The notes below the pieces were generated by a model. It saw only the letters and a program-made list of their open reading frames with translations. It was not told the DNA's origin and did no database searches. From assembly GCA_038841535.1 (NCBI GenBank), contig JAWBTQ010000008.1:1-52403 (forward strand): a stretch of 52,403 bases of DNA. The letters run 5' to 3'. The position numbers were made by a program, and so were the translations under genes. This DNA comes from Sulfolobales archaeon. GTDB lineage: Archaea; Thermoproteota; Thermoprotei_A; Sulfolobales; NBVN01. Positions 28,772-37,241 of this stretch are shown here, in pieces. The stretch's first letter is position 1. Each line of letters opens with the position of its first letter.

Positions 28772-29187
28772 GCAGGTCTTACCGTTGCTTCAGCACCACA
28801 AGCTAAGCACTTTAGGATCCATATACGGCCTTCTCTCCTTAGTTCTGTTTGATATGAGTGACACGTGGGGCACCTAACGTAAAGCTCGACGAACTTCTCA
28901 AACAACTTGTTGAGAGATGCCTTACTAACATTTTGGTGTATTATTGCGTTACCATCTCTATCTAGGCTACCCTTGGCTCCCATACTCTTAAGCAGGTACC
29001 TTAAGACTAGCCTAGGGTCTCTACTAATAATCTCGCAGACTAGCTTGAAGTTCTTGATCTTAGTGTGTATACCGACTACTTCTGTCTCAAGTGGTGGTAT
29101 TTCGATCGGTGCTTCAGCCCTCTTTAAAGGTAGCTTAGAGTACAGCCTTTCGAGTAGCTCATCGTAGTCTAGGTTTAGTATCCTCAC
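28765..29187 (-). CDS. eif2b: Translation initiation factor aIF-2 beta subunit
   Basis: YDELLERLY, T.IKNF...RDP and YVRCPTC...T.L......LKCLACGA. Confidence 0.94.
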   Translation of the reverse strand: MRILNLDYDELLERLYSKLPLKRAEAPIEIPPLETEVVGIHTKIKNFKLVCEIISRDPRLVLRYLLKSMGAKGSLDRDGNAIIHQNVSKASLNKLFEKFVELYVRCPTCHSYQTELRREGRIWILKCLACGAEATVRPAW

Positions 29188-29401
29188 TCACCCCAATCAC
29201 CTACTTTGAGAGCAATATAACTATTTCCTAATCTCCGCCTTGTCCTGAAAAGCTTGGTTTCCTCGAGTTACAGAACTTAGAGTCGAATAGCAAGCGAAAA
29301 AGAGATCTAACAATCTCCACTACCTCGCGTCATCCAAAGAAGCACCCAGTTTAGAAAATACTAGAATTAGACAAAGGATCGGTTGGAGTAGCTAGTGAGG
29401 G

Positions 29402-29580
29402 GTTCAGCTCTTATGTAATTTTATATTGGTTGGTTTCATTGCCCTATCTCTTTCCCCGCATTCTTCTCGGGTTCTCATCAGGCTTGGGGGCGTTCGAGGT
29501 GACCACGGGCACCCCACATCTTGAGTAACTCGGGGAGAGCCCCTAGGGAGCTCTCAACCCCTCATCGAACTATCCCCACA
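29402..29580 (-). mobile_element. IS200/IS605-derived mini-element: tnpB 5' end fused to tnpB 3' end/right end
   Basis: Minus strand GGGGATAGTTCGATGAGGGGTTGAGAGCTCCCTAGGGGCTCTC is joined directly to a segment reading YSRCGVPVVTSNAPKPDENPRRMRGKR, which resembles crenarchaeal TnpB C-terminal tails, then ...ACATAAGAGCTGAAC. Confidence 0.65.
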
Positions 29581-29728
29581 CACCACTACACATAGAGTAC
29601 TTACAAGCGCCCCCATCCACATAAACAAATATGAAGAGATGTGAAACCCGAAACAGCTACTCAAGGCTCCCTCCACTCCTCTGGTTGTTCAGCTTAATAG
29701 TTTGCTGCTGAGTTAGTGAGGGTAGTGC

Positions 29729-30490
29729 GTGAGAGCTTCTCTATTTTTCCTCGGTACTGGAGCTCCGGACGCTGGTTCTGACGATATGCCAGCAGTTGCT
29801 TTCAAGGCTGGTTCTAACTTGTTCCTTCTTGATTCCGGGGAGGGAGTTCAACATAAGCTTGTAAACATAGGGATAGGGTTGAGCAAGGTGAGTAACATCT
29901 TAATTACGCATCTACATGGTGACCACGTTCTAGGTCTTGTTCCATTCATACAGACTAGGACGCTCATGTTTAAGCCAGCACCTCCGATAGCCATATTAGG
30001 ACCCCCCGGACTGGCGAAGTACCTTAATGAAAGCTTTAGCTCTCTATACTTCGACCCGGGCAACAGCTTAGAAGTTCAAGAGCTGAAGGGATCGGAAGAG
30101 CTAAAGATACGGGGTGCCGCTATTCGAGCAGAGCTCTTAGACCACACGGTATTCACCATCGGGTACTTAGTAAACTTGAGTAGAGACTTCAGTTTATGCT
30201 ACCTTACTGACACTAGACCTTTAACTAGGGAAGACCTCAACTTGGGTTGCTCTGTCTTAATACATGACTCTACCTTCTCCTGGATAGACCTAGATAGGGC
30301 AAGAGAGTTTAAGCATACGACAGCACTTGAGGCAGCAATGTTCGCAGCAAGAGCTGGAGCAAAGCTACTCTTTCTCTACCATATATCATCTAGGTATAGA
30401 GACAGGAGGTTTTTAGAAAGTGAAGCGAGAAGGCACCACCCAAACTCTCACGCAGCAGCAAAGTACATGCGCCTGAACTTAGTACTATAG
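29729..30490 (+). CDS. rnz: Ribonuclease Z
   Basis: FLGTGA, D.GEG.Q, ITHLHGDH, TDTRP, IHDSTF, H.T..EA and HISSRY. Confidence 0.88.
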   Translation: MRASLFFLGTGAPDAGSDDMPAVAFKAGSNLFLLDSGEGVQHKLVNIGIGLSKVSNILITHLHGDHVLGLVPFIQTRTLMFKPAPPIAILGPPGLAKYLNESFSSLYFDPGNSLEVQELKGSEELKIRGAAIRAELLDHTVFTIGYLVNLSRDFSLCYLTDTRPLTREDLNLGCSVLIHDSTFSWIDLDRAREFKHTTALEAAMFAARAGAKLLFLYHISSRYRDRRFLESEARRHHPNSHAAAKYMRLNLVL

Positions 30491-30669
30491 AGTCTCTACT
30501 CCTAATTCAGTAGTGAAAACCTCTCCTCAACTAAGACCGCTTTCTTTACGTTATTTTTAGGGAAAAGCGATCGATTACACTGCGAAGGAGTACTAAAATG
30601 ATTTTGTGGAGCAAAGAGAGACGTTCTGTAGGCTTATGAACGTATTAGGTAAGTCAATAAACAGTGATT

Positions 30670-30729
30670 CAAGTCGGATACCCCAAACAACATCACGTAT
30701 CAGTGGGCATGACTCTCCCCATCGACTTG
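30670..30729 (-). ncRNA. Candidate box C/D sRNA with degenerate C box
   Basis: Minus strand: terminal stem CAAGTCG/CGACTTG, C-like ATGGGGA, 12-nt guide, D' CTGA, C' GTGATGT, 12-nt guide, D CCGA. Confidence 0.5.
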
Positions 30730-30791
30730 CCGAGAGTTTTTGCTATCCATAATCTCCAGTCACTCACGACTTATATACGCTGGAGGTATCA

Positions 30792-30817
30792 AGCAGTAAG
30801 CATTCGTGCTTACTGCT
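30792..30817. repeat. Perfect 11-bp inverted repeat with 4-nt loop
   Basis: AGCAGTAAGCA-TTCG-TGCTTACTGCT; it spans the stop codon of the 30810-31175 ORF. Confidence 0.85.
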
Positions 30818-31175
30818 GAGATGCGCAGTACTGCTCTAAGAGGTTCTTAAAGAAGTCTTTTGAGGCGCTTACGTACCTTACGTACTGGCGCGATGGTATG
30901 GATATGTATTCTTCTTCCTCTACGTACACAGACTTCCAGCCCACTTTTTCCTCAAGATATTTGAATAATCTTTCTTTATCTAGAGCTTTTAGTGCGTCCT
31001 CGAGGTAGGGAAATTCTTCCGTGCTCTCGTAGTGAAGGGCTATTGCTCGCAGAGATACCTTTACATCTGGCTGTCTAGTGATCTCGATGTACCCTACCGT
31101 CAGGTGTCCCCTCTTTCTGAAGTACTCGCTTAACGCTCTAGCTAGTCTCTCTGCTGCCGTATAGCAGTAAGACAG
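30810..31175 (-). CDS. Hypothetical 121-aa protein with apparent CTG start (missed by ORF track)
   Basis: Uninterrupted frame (L/M)SYCYTAAERLARALSEYFRKRGHLTVGY...FFKNLLEQYCASQQ*; in-frame TAG two codons upstream; AGGTGA SD (overlapping the upstream gene's stop) 6 nt before the CTG. Confidence 0.7.
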   Translation of the reverse strand: MSYCYTAAERLARALSEYFRKRGHLTVGYIEITRQPDVKVSLRAIALHYESTEEFPYLEDALKALDKERLFKYLEEKVGWKSVYVEEEEYISIPSRQYVRYVSASKDFFKNLLEQYCASQQ

Positions 31176-31181
31176 CTTCTA

Positions 31182-31742
31182 TCACCTTAGTAAGTATCCT
31201 ATGGGCAGGGAGATGAAGACCTCTATGAGTGCTGCTATAACTAGGAATAAGAGTACTAAGTTGAGCCTACTTAGAGACTCTCTGTACTGGTGTAGAGGAA
31301 AGAGAGCGACTCTTTTCCCGAGTACTCTCAGTACTAGGGATAATATTGTTAAAAACCCTATCTTAACTCCGAGATAGCTGGAGTAAATTATAGCTGGGAG
31401 CTCGAAGATACCGTGTGGTACTAGAGCTAGTGAGCCGTACCCCACGAAACTTATAACAGATCCCAACATGTAACCATTTGCGTAGAGAACGTATAGTGGG
31501 TAAACTAGAGTAAAGCCTAATATAACACACCTAACAGCTACTCCAACGTTGTTGTAGAGTATTATGCTCAACAACCCCACTAACCGACTCACAATATCTT
31601 CGGACTTTGCTACGGGCTTCATGAGTGTCGAGATCTGCTCTTCAACACTCTCGAAAGGCATAGGACTAATTAAGCCCACAACCATCGCTATAGAGAATAC
31701 CGAGATCGCAGTCAGTAGAGACACGATACTTAAAGCACGCAT
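31182..31742 (-). CDS. SpoIIM/DUF95 family membrane protein
   Basis: ILYNN, NGYMLG, PHGIFELPAI and IAALIEVFIS. Confidence 0.9.
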   Translation of the reverse strand: MRALSIVSLLTAISVFSIAMVVGLISPMPFESVEEQISTLMKPVAKSEDIVSRLVGLLSIILYNNVGVAVRCVILGFTLVYPLYVLYANGYMLGSVISFVGYGSLALVPHGIFELPAIIYSSYLGVKIGFLTILSLVLRVLGKRVALFPLHQYRESLSRLNLVLLFLVIAALIEVFISLPIGYLLR

Positions 31743-31897
31743 GACCCCCTGAGGATATCGAGCTTAGAGCTAAAATAAATCATAAAAATGCGTTCCTACT
31801 CAGCCTTAAAACTGAGAGACTCTCTACGCGAAGACAGCTGCTCATAGTTTTTCATTTAAGAATTTTTTTGTCTGCGTACTTCTTCTTAGGACCAACA

Positions 31898-32596
31898 ATG
31901 AAGGCAGCAATTATTGCTGGAGGACTTGGAAAGAGGTTAAGGCCTCTTACTGAAGATAGACCTAAGCCCCTAGTTGAAGTTGCGGGAAAGCCTATTATTG
32001 AGTGGCAGATTGAGTGGTTAAAGCAGTGTGGTGTCAGCAGCTTCGTCGTTCTCGCTGGGTACTACAGAGAGAAGTTGATAGATTTCCTTGGCTCAGGCTC
32101 TAGGTTCGGTGTTCACGTAGCATACGTTATCGAGGACGAACCTCTGGGGACTGGGGGAGCTATAAAGAACGCTGAGAGCGTGATAGGTAGTGATACCTTT
32201 ATAGCTGTTAATGGAGACGTAGTGACTAATATCCCGGTAGGAGAGCTGGTTAAGTACTTAAACGATCTTCGCGATGCGGTGGCTGCTATAGCTCTCGTCC
32301 CACTAAGGTCTCCCTATGGTATAGTCGAATTAGATAGAACAGGTAGAGTAGTATCTTTTAGAGAGAAACCTGTTCTAGAGGAGTACTTGATTAACGCAGG
32401 TGTATACGTCATGAAGCCAGAGATCTTCGAGTACTTACCTTCTAAGGGAGACGTAGAGCGAGATACCTTCCCGAAGCTAGCCGCAGAGGGCAGGCTCGCC
32501 GGTAGAGTGTTTAGAGGCTACTACTGGAGGTCGATAGACACGATTAAAGACGTTGAAGAGGCCTCTCACGAGATATCTAGGTACTTGAGGTCTTAG
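31898..32596 (+). CDS. Sugar-phosphate nucleotidyltransferase family protein
   Basis: IIAGGLGKRLRPLT..RPKPL, EPLGTGGA, NGD, F.EKP and INAGVY; start set at ATG 31898. Confidence 0.9.
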   Translation: MKAAIIAGGLGKRLRPLTEDRPKPLVEVAGKPIIEWQIEWLKQCGVSSFVVLAGYYREKLIDFLGSGSRFGVHVAYVIEDEPLGTGGAIKNAESVIGSDTFIAVNGDVVTNIPVGELVKYLNDLRDAVAAIALVPLRSPYGIVELDRTGRVVSFREKPVLEEYLINAGVYVMKPEIFEYLPSKGDVERDTFPKLAAEGRLAGRVFRGYYWRSIDTIKDVEEASHEISRYLRS

Positions 32597-32717
32597 CGCA
32601 GGTCTAACTCCACGGACCTTAAAGAACCTATACATACTTATTGCGTTATAGCAACAAGAACGTCTTTGTATAGCTACCTCGGTGCTTTAGTTTAGGCTGC
32701 ACTTTACTAGAGCCAAC

Positions 32718-33377
32718 CTATGCTAGCAGATTTCCTAAGTACTGCTGTAGTTCTTTCTTCAGGTTCGACCTGGAAGTAACTAGTAGCTTCACACCATACC
32801 TCACAGCCTTAATGGCTTGAGATACGTCATTCACTAACCAGGCAACTACGTCCACTCCCTTGCTCGAGCACTCCCTAACTACTCTCGGCCTCAGTACTGA
32901 TGCTGGTAGCGCTAGCACGTTCACTCCTTCTCTAGCTAGTAGAGAGACGTTAGGAAACGGGTTCGCTAATTTGAGGATCGTTCTAACCTTACTCGACTTA
33001 CTCCTTACTACTCTAACGTAGAGTAAGTCTTCAACTAGAACGTAAGCTTTGCCGATAGCTCCCGCGTCCTCTATGGTTTTAGCGACAGTATCTAGAACTT
33101 GCGGATCTCTAACCCAGAAGAGTAGCTCGACTCGCGAACTCCTTAGGACGTCCTCCACTTTGAGTACTCTAGCTCTCTGAGCGAGTTCGACCTCAGTTTG
33201 ACTTATCTCACTAAGCCCTCCAGCTGGGCAGACTACCGGTACTCTATCTTTCGTAGAGCATACTTCAAGCACTACTCCGTCTACTCCGGGCTCTAGATAC
33301 CCAAAAAGTTCTTCACCTCCAACCTCAGTCAGTGATGTTAGTCTCCTTAAAGCGTATACCTTGACCGTATTCAGCAC
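32718..33377 (-). CDS. Glycerophosphodiester phosphodiesterase-like protein, apparently degenerate
   Basis: DGVVLEV..TKD.VPVV and C-terminal VAWLVND.......GV..LVT match the GDPD layout; the catalytic His positions are not retained. Confidence 0.55.
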   Translation of the reverse strand: MLNTVKVYALRRLTSLTEVGGEELFGYLEPGVDGVVLEVCSTKDRVPVVCPAGGLSEISQTEVELAQRARVLKVEDVLRSSRVELLFWVRDPQVLDTVAKTIEDAGAIGKAYVLVEDLLYVRVVRSKSSKVRTILKLANPFPNVSLLAREGVNVLALPASVLRPRVVRECSSKGVDVVAWLVNDVSQAIKAVRYGVKLLVTSRSNLKKELQQYLGNLLA

Positions 33378-33500
33378 CCAGAGATAGGGATGTTTAAGTA
33401 TAAAGAGCTTAGCATACTCGCAGCCTTCCAGCCTGCAGTTCCTCGCTATAAGAGTTTCGCCAATCTTAAGTCAGTAGTAAATAACGAATTTAAGAGCTTC

Positions 33501-33520
33501 GAGAAAAGGGAGGAAAAAGG
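33501..33520 (-). terminator. Pyrimidine/T-tract terminator candidate downstream of the surface-protein gene
   Basis: Minus strand CCTTTTTCCTCCCTTTTCTC about 25 nt after the stop codon. Confidence 0.45.
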
Positions 33521-33543
33521 TAGTTAATTTTGTGCCGAGTCTC

Positions 33544-36500
33544 TTATTTGGGTGCTCCAGTCACCTTTCTTATGGTTATGAATGCTAGTGTGGCCATTAT
33601 GAACGCTAGTAGTGCGAATACCACTGCTATGTAAGATGCCATAGCTGCTCCATCTACTCTCCCAGGAATGGCGGCAACGTCAGACTTCACTCCAGCTACG
33701 TCTGACTTAACTGTCGCTATATCAGATCTAGCAGCAGTGAGGTCGGTCTTAAGTCCTGCGACATCGGACTTCACTCCAGCTACGTCGGTCTTCAGAGCAG
33801 CTACGTCGGTCTTAACTCCCTTGATATCTGCCACATCGGCCTTAATGGCGTCTACGCTAGTCTTAACTGCGGAGACGTCTTTGGCTACGCTACTTAAAGC
33901 ATCTGATACCGTCTTTAGGGTTCCTGCTACAGCATCTACCTTACTGCTAACTGTATCTACTTTACTACTGACAGTGTCTACTTTACCGCTGACTGCGTCG
34001 ACCTTAGAGGTTATCGTTGTTACAGCAGTACTGAGAGCTTTAGAAACGCCGTCTATAGCTGTCTTGAGGTCTGCTGTCGAGGCGTCTATCTTAGTCTTGA
34101 GGTCGGCTACTGCGGCATCGATCTTAGAGGATAGTGCAGCTGTTGAACTGTCTATTCTCGAGGTTATAGTGCCTGTTGCTGCGTCTATTCTAGAACGTAG
34201 CTCAGTTACTGCGGCATCGATCTTAGAGGTCAGTAGTGCTACGGCACTGCTTAGCGCAGTCGACACGGCATCTATCTTCGAGCTTAGAGTGGCTGTTGCT
34301 TTGTCGAGTTCTGCCTTCGTCAATAGTGTGCTGATGTTGTTTACTACGAATACGTAGCCAGCTTTCGCAACCTTAACGGTTCCATCGGGTAGTGAGTACG
34401 CAAGGCTAATTGCGTACGCACCAGGTTCAACTACAGGTACGTAGATACCTAGTACGTCAGTAAATGGTGATGTCAGTATGCCCCTAGCGTCCGCAAGCCA
34501 CCTGGTTACGTGAGCGTTTAGAGTGTATGCTGCGTCAGTGCCGTTGAAGAGTACGGCGTACATAGCTATTCCTGATGGGAAGCCTGAGCCGATCACCCTA
34601 ACGAAGCCTGAGCCAACTATCACCGGCACTACGTCTTTGTTCAGGTCTAGTATTAGCACCTTCGGCACTACCTTAGGTGATGCCGTTACCAACTTGGTTG
34701 TGTTGAAGAAGTCTGTTACTGTTATCGACCCTGAGGCAGTCCCGACAACAGTTATTGTGTAGGTTCCCTCAGGTACTGAGGGAACAACGAAGGACACTTC
34801 CTCAGTGCTCTTGTTTACCTTTGCTGTCAGCATTAGCTTTCCTCCAAAGTACACTCTTATCGTCTCACCGGGCGATAGACCGGCTACTACGACCTTTATT
34901 ACGTCACCTAAGTAGTCGCACTTAGCTGTGTATACAGCACACTGAGCACAGTACTTAACCCCGGCAACACCGAGGCTCTCTGGGCATGGACATACTTCAA
35001 CTCTCTTGTCGTTATAGCCTGCCCAGACTTCCGGCACGATCTTCCCTGTGTACCAGTAGGCCTTAGCTCCAACGATTATAGCTAGAGTGTACTCGTAGCC
35101 CCACTTATCGACTCCCCATATGTAGTGTACACCGAAAGTAGCGTCCTCGGGTATCTTGACTTTAAACGTTAAGTTGCCGTCCTTACCTAGGGTAAACGTA
35201 TCTAGTAACAGTATCTTCTCCCAGTATACATATAGAGTGTTGTATCCTGGGTAACCCCAGGCAGCACCCGGACCGTAGCCGTAGGCAGCCATAGTGACAG
35301 TCATGCCAGGGTATATGACTCCAGGTGTTAGCAGTATGAGTAGTGGTCTCACTATATAGTAGACGTTTCTGAACTCGAAGGATGGTCCGGTAACTGGTGC
35401 TGCTGTCACTTTAAGTGTTGCGGTTATAGTTCCGACATCGTAGCTCCAGTCGACCGACCAATCTATACCGGCATCCGTGAACTTCAGTGTCGGTATCTTG
35501 ATTATGTAGTCTGTAACAGACATGTTGGTTGGGTACTCATAGAACCTGCTGACCGTGGTTCCAGTGTCCTTATTCGTGTAGGTAACGGATAGGTTGGCCT
35601 TCGTTACTACTAGGCTCCACTCCCTCAGTAGTAGCAGTATCTGGTTCGGGTAGCTATAGAACGTTGCCCAGTACCTATAAGCACCTGGTGTCGGTGGCTT
35701 ATCTGGGTAATACGCTGTGGGCACTATGTTGAAGGATAGGTCAGCCTGGTATGCACCTAGAGTCTCATTGTAGGTGGGAGTTATGGTCGTCTCGAACATA
35801 GTGACAAAGGGTACCGTAGTTATGTTGTAGAGAGCGAATTTTACATTACCATCTACTAGGTTAGCTGCCAGCTGGTAGAGCTTCCCTCCGTAGGATATGT
35901 TTATTCTGAGCACCTCCGTGAGGACGTAGGACATCCTCGACTGCTTGAGGACGTAGTCTAGCTTAGCGTCTACGTAAGACGTAGCACTCACTGACGCTCT
36001 AGTGCCTAGTGCTCCAACTATGACTGACTCACTTATTATGACTGTTCCCTTCTTTTTGAGTTCTATCGTGCTGGTGTTAGTGAATGTCGTGGGAATAGGG
36101 GCTTCGTAGACTATGGGTATGTACAGTCCCGCAGTCATGTTGAATCCTTTCTTAGCTGGTGTCCAGTCCTTGAGGTCAGTCTTAGTGAAGTAGCCGAATT
36201 CGTTAGTCGTAAACGTCGTTGGTGGAGTGAAGGTGTACTTTACGTTAGTAAAGTTTATGTTGAAGAACTCTACCTTGAGTATCCTAACCTTCGGGTCGAA
36301 CCCGTAACCAGTTATAGTGATGGCCGTTAGCTCGCATACTGCCGCATCACATCTTCCATTACTTTCGAACGGAGTTACGATTACCTGCGGTCTTACCTCT
36401 AGTGACCCTGGCTTCACGTTAGTTATGTCAGTAGCTACTGGTATTCCAGTTACCTTGTAGGTACCTCTCGGAAGACCAAACCCAGTTAGGTCGAGTAATT

Positions 36501-37107
36501 TGATCGAGGTGCTTCCAGTCCCATCAGTTCCTATGGTTACTGGAGTAATGGGGTAAGTACCTGTTAGAGGACCCTCAACATTTATACTGCTCACAGTGTC
36601 TCCTGGTAAGTAGCCCAAGAACCTGACGGTAACGGTTACAGGAGCGTAGTAGGGGCTTGTAGCCGTCGGAACGACTACGGTAGTTGATGGTGGAGTTACG
36701 ACTACCTTCGGGTACACCACTGTCTCTTCATAATCGGCAAGAGTGCCCCATATCTCTAGGACTACATAGAGGTCTATTAGTCCATCACCATTAGTGTCAG
36801 TAGCGCCGGGGAGGGATTCGGGTAGTGTCAGTATGACATCGTATGCTCCGGGAACGGATGCGTACCTAGATACCCAACTCCACACTTCAGAACAGGCAAG
36901 ATCTGGGCAGAGCTTCACGGTGTAGGTAGTAGCCATGTAGACTTCTATCGATACTACCACTGGCTCTCCTGGGTATATCTTTGCTGTCTTAATCTCCACT
37001 ATCCTGCCGGGAGATATCTGCGCTGTAACTATGTTAGCTACTGGCAGTAGTAGGCTGGCTAGTATTACTGATAGTATTAAGATTGAGCCTATTGACTTGG
37101 GACTCAT
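33544..37107 (-). CDS. Large cell-surface/S-layer-like glycoprotein with coiled-coil stalk and C-terminal membrane anchor
   Basis: N-terminal signal peptide; Thr/Val/Tyr-rich beta repeats (TITGYGF, AAYGYGP, VIGSGFP); many N-x-S/T sequons; ~220-aa repeat coiled coil; C-terminal TM followed by RK. Confidence 0.85.
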   Translation of the reverse strand: MSPKSIGSILILSVILASLLLPVANIVTAQISPGRIVEIKTAKIYPGEPVVVSIEVYMATTYTVKLCPDLACSEVWSWVSRYASVPGAYDVILTLPESLPGATDTNGDGLIDLYVVLEIWGTLADYEETVVYPKVVVTPPSTTVVVPTATSPYYAPVTVTVRFLGYLPGDTVSSINVEGPLTGTYPITPVTIGTDGTGSTSIKLLDLTGFGLPRGTYKVTGIPVATDITNVKPGSLEVRPQVIVTPFESNGRCDAAVCELTAITITGYGFDPKVRILKVEFFNINFTNVKYTFTPPTTFTTNEFGYFTKTDLKDWTPAKKGFNMTAGLYIPIVYEAPIPTTFTNTSTIELKKKGTVIISESVIVGALGTRASVSATSYVDAKLDYVLKQSRMSYVLTEVLRINISYGGKLYQLAANLVDGNVKFALYNITTVPFVTMFETTITPTYNETLGAYQADLSFNIVPTAYYPDKPPTPGAYRYWATFYSYPNQILLLLREWSLVVTKANLSVTYTNKDTGTTVSRFYEYPTNMSVTDYIIKIPTLKFTDAGIDWSVDWSYDVGTITATLKVTAAPVTGPSFEFRNVYYIVRPLLILLTPGVIYPGMTVTMAAYGYGPGAAWGYPGYNTLYVYWEKILLLDTFTLGKDGNLTFKVKIPEDATFGVHYIWGVDKWGYEYTLAIIVGAKAYWYTGKIVPEVWAGYNDKRVEVCPCPESLGVAGVKYCAQCAVYTAKCDYLGDVIKVVVAGLSPGETIRVYFGGKLMLTAKVNKSTEEVSFVVPSVPEGTYTITVVGTASGSITVTDFFNTTKLVTASPKVVPKVLILDLNKDVVPVIVGSGFVRVIGSGFPSGIAMYAVLFNGTDAAYTLNAHVTRWLADARGILTSPFTDVLGIYVPVVEPGAYAISLAYSLPDGTVKVAKAGYVFVVNNISTLLTKAELDKATATLSSKIDAVSTALSSAVALLTSKIDAAVTELRSRIDAATGTITSRIDSSTAALSSKIDAAVADLKTKIDASTADLKTAIDGVSKALSTAVTTITSKVDAVSGKVDTVSSKVDTVSSKVDAVAGTLKTVSDALSSVAKDVSAVKTSVDAIKADVADIKGVKTDVAALKTDVAGVKSDVAGLKTDLTAARSDIATVKSDVAGVKSDVAAIPGRVDGAAMASYIAVVFALLAFIMATLAFITIRKVTGAPK
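33668..34330 (-). repeat. Coding repeats: 11-residue (hendecad) then 7-residue (heptad) coiled-coil repeats
   Basis: LTSKIDAAVTE/LRSRIDAATGT/ITSRIDSSTAA/LSSKIDAAVAD/LKTKIDASTAD, then SKVDTVS-like and VKSDVAG-like heptads. Confidence 0.9.
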
Positions 37108-37143
37108 GTGGTTTTACCCTCAACTCCATTCTCGACCAGTAAG

Positions 37144-37198
37144 TATTTAAGGGATCTGTCTAAACTTGTACACACAGCTGTAGCTATGTGTATACACA
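37144..37198 (-). promoter_or_regulatory. TATA box and upstream palindromic site of the surface-protein gene
   Basis: TTAAATA (minus, 37150-37144); imperfect IR 37167-37179/37182-37194; perfect palindrome TGTGTATACACA 37187-37198. Confidence 0.5.
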
Positions 37199-37241
37199 GT
37201 AAGTGCTACTGAAAACGCTTTAGTGGTCTCTGTGGTAATCC

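Noticed and set aside
33668-34330. 21- and 33-bp periodic repeats as a possible CRISPR-like array
   Set aside because: In-frame, degenerate at wobble positions and without unique spacers; these are coding repeats
33668-34357. 229-aa + strand ORF with Ser/Thr/Ala repeats
   Set aside because: Antisense shadow of the repetitive coiled-coil coding region of the surface protein
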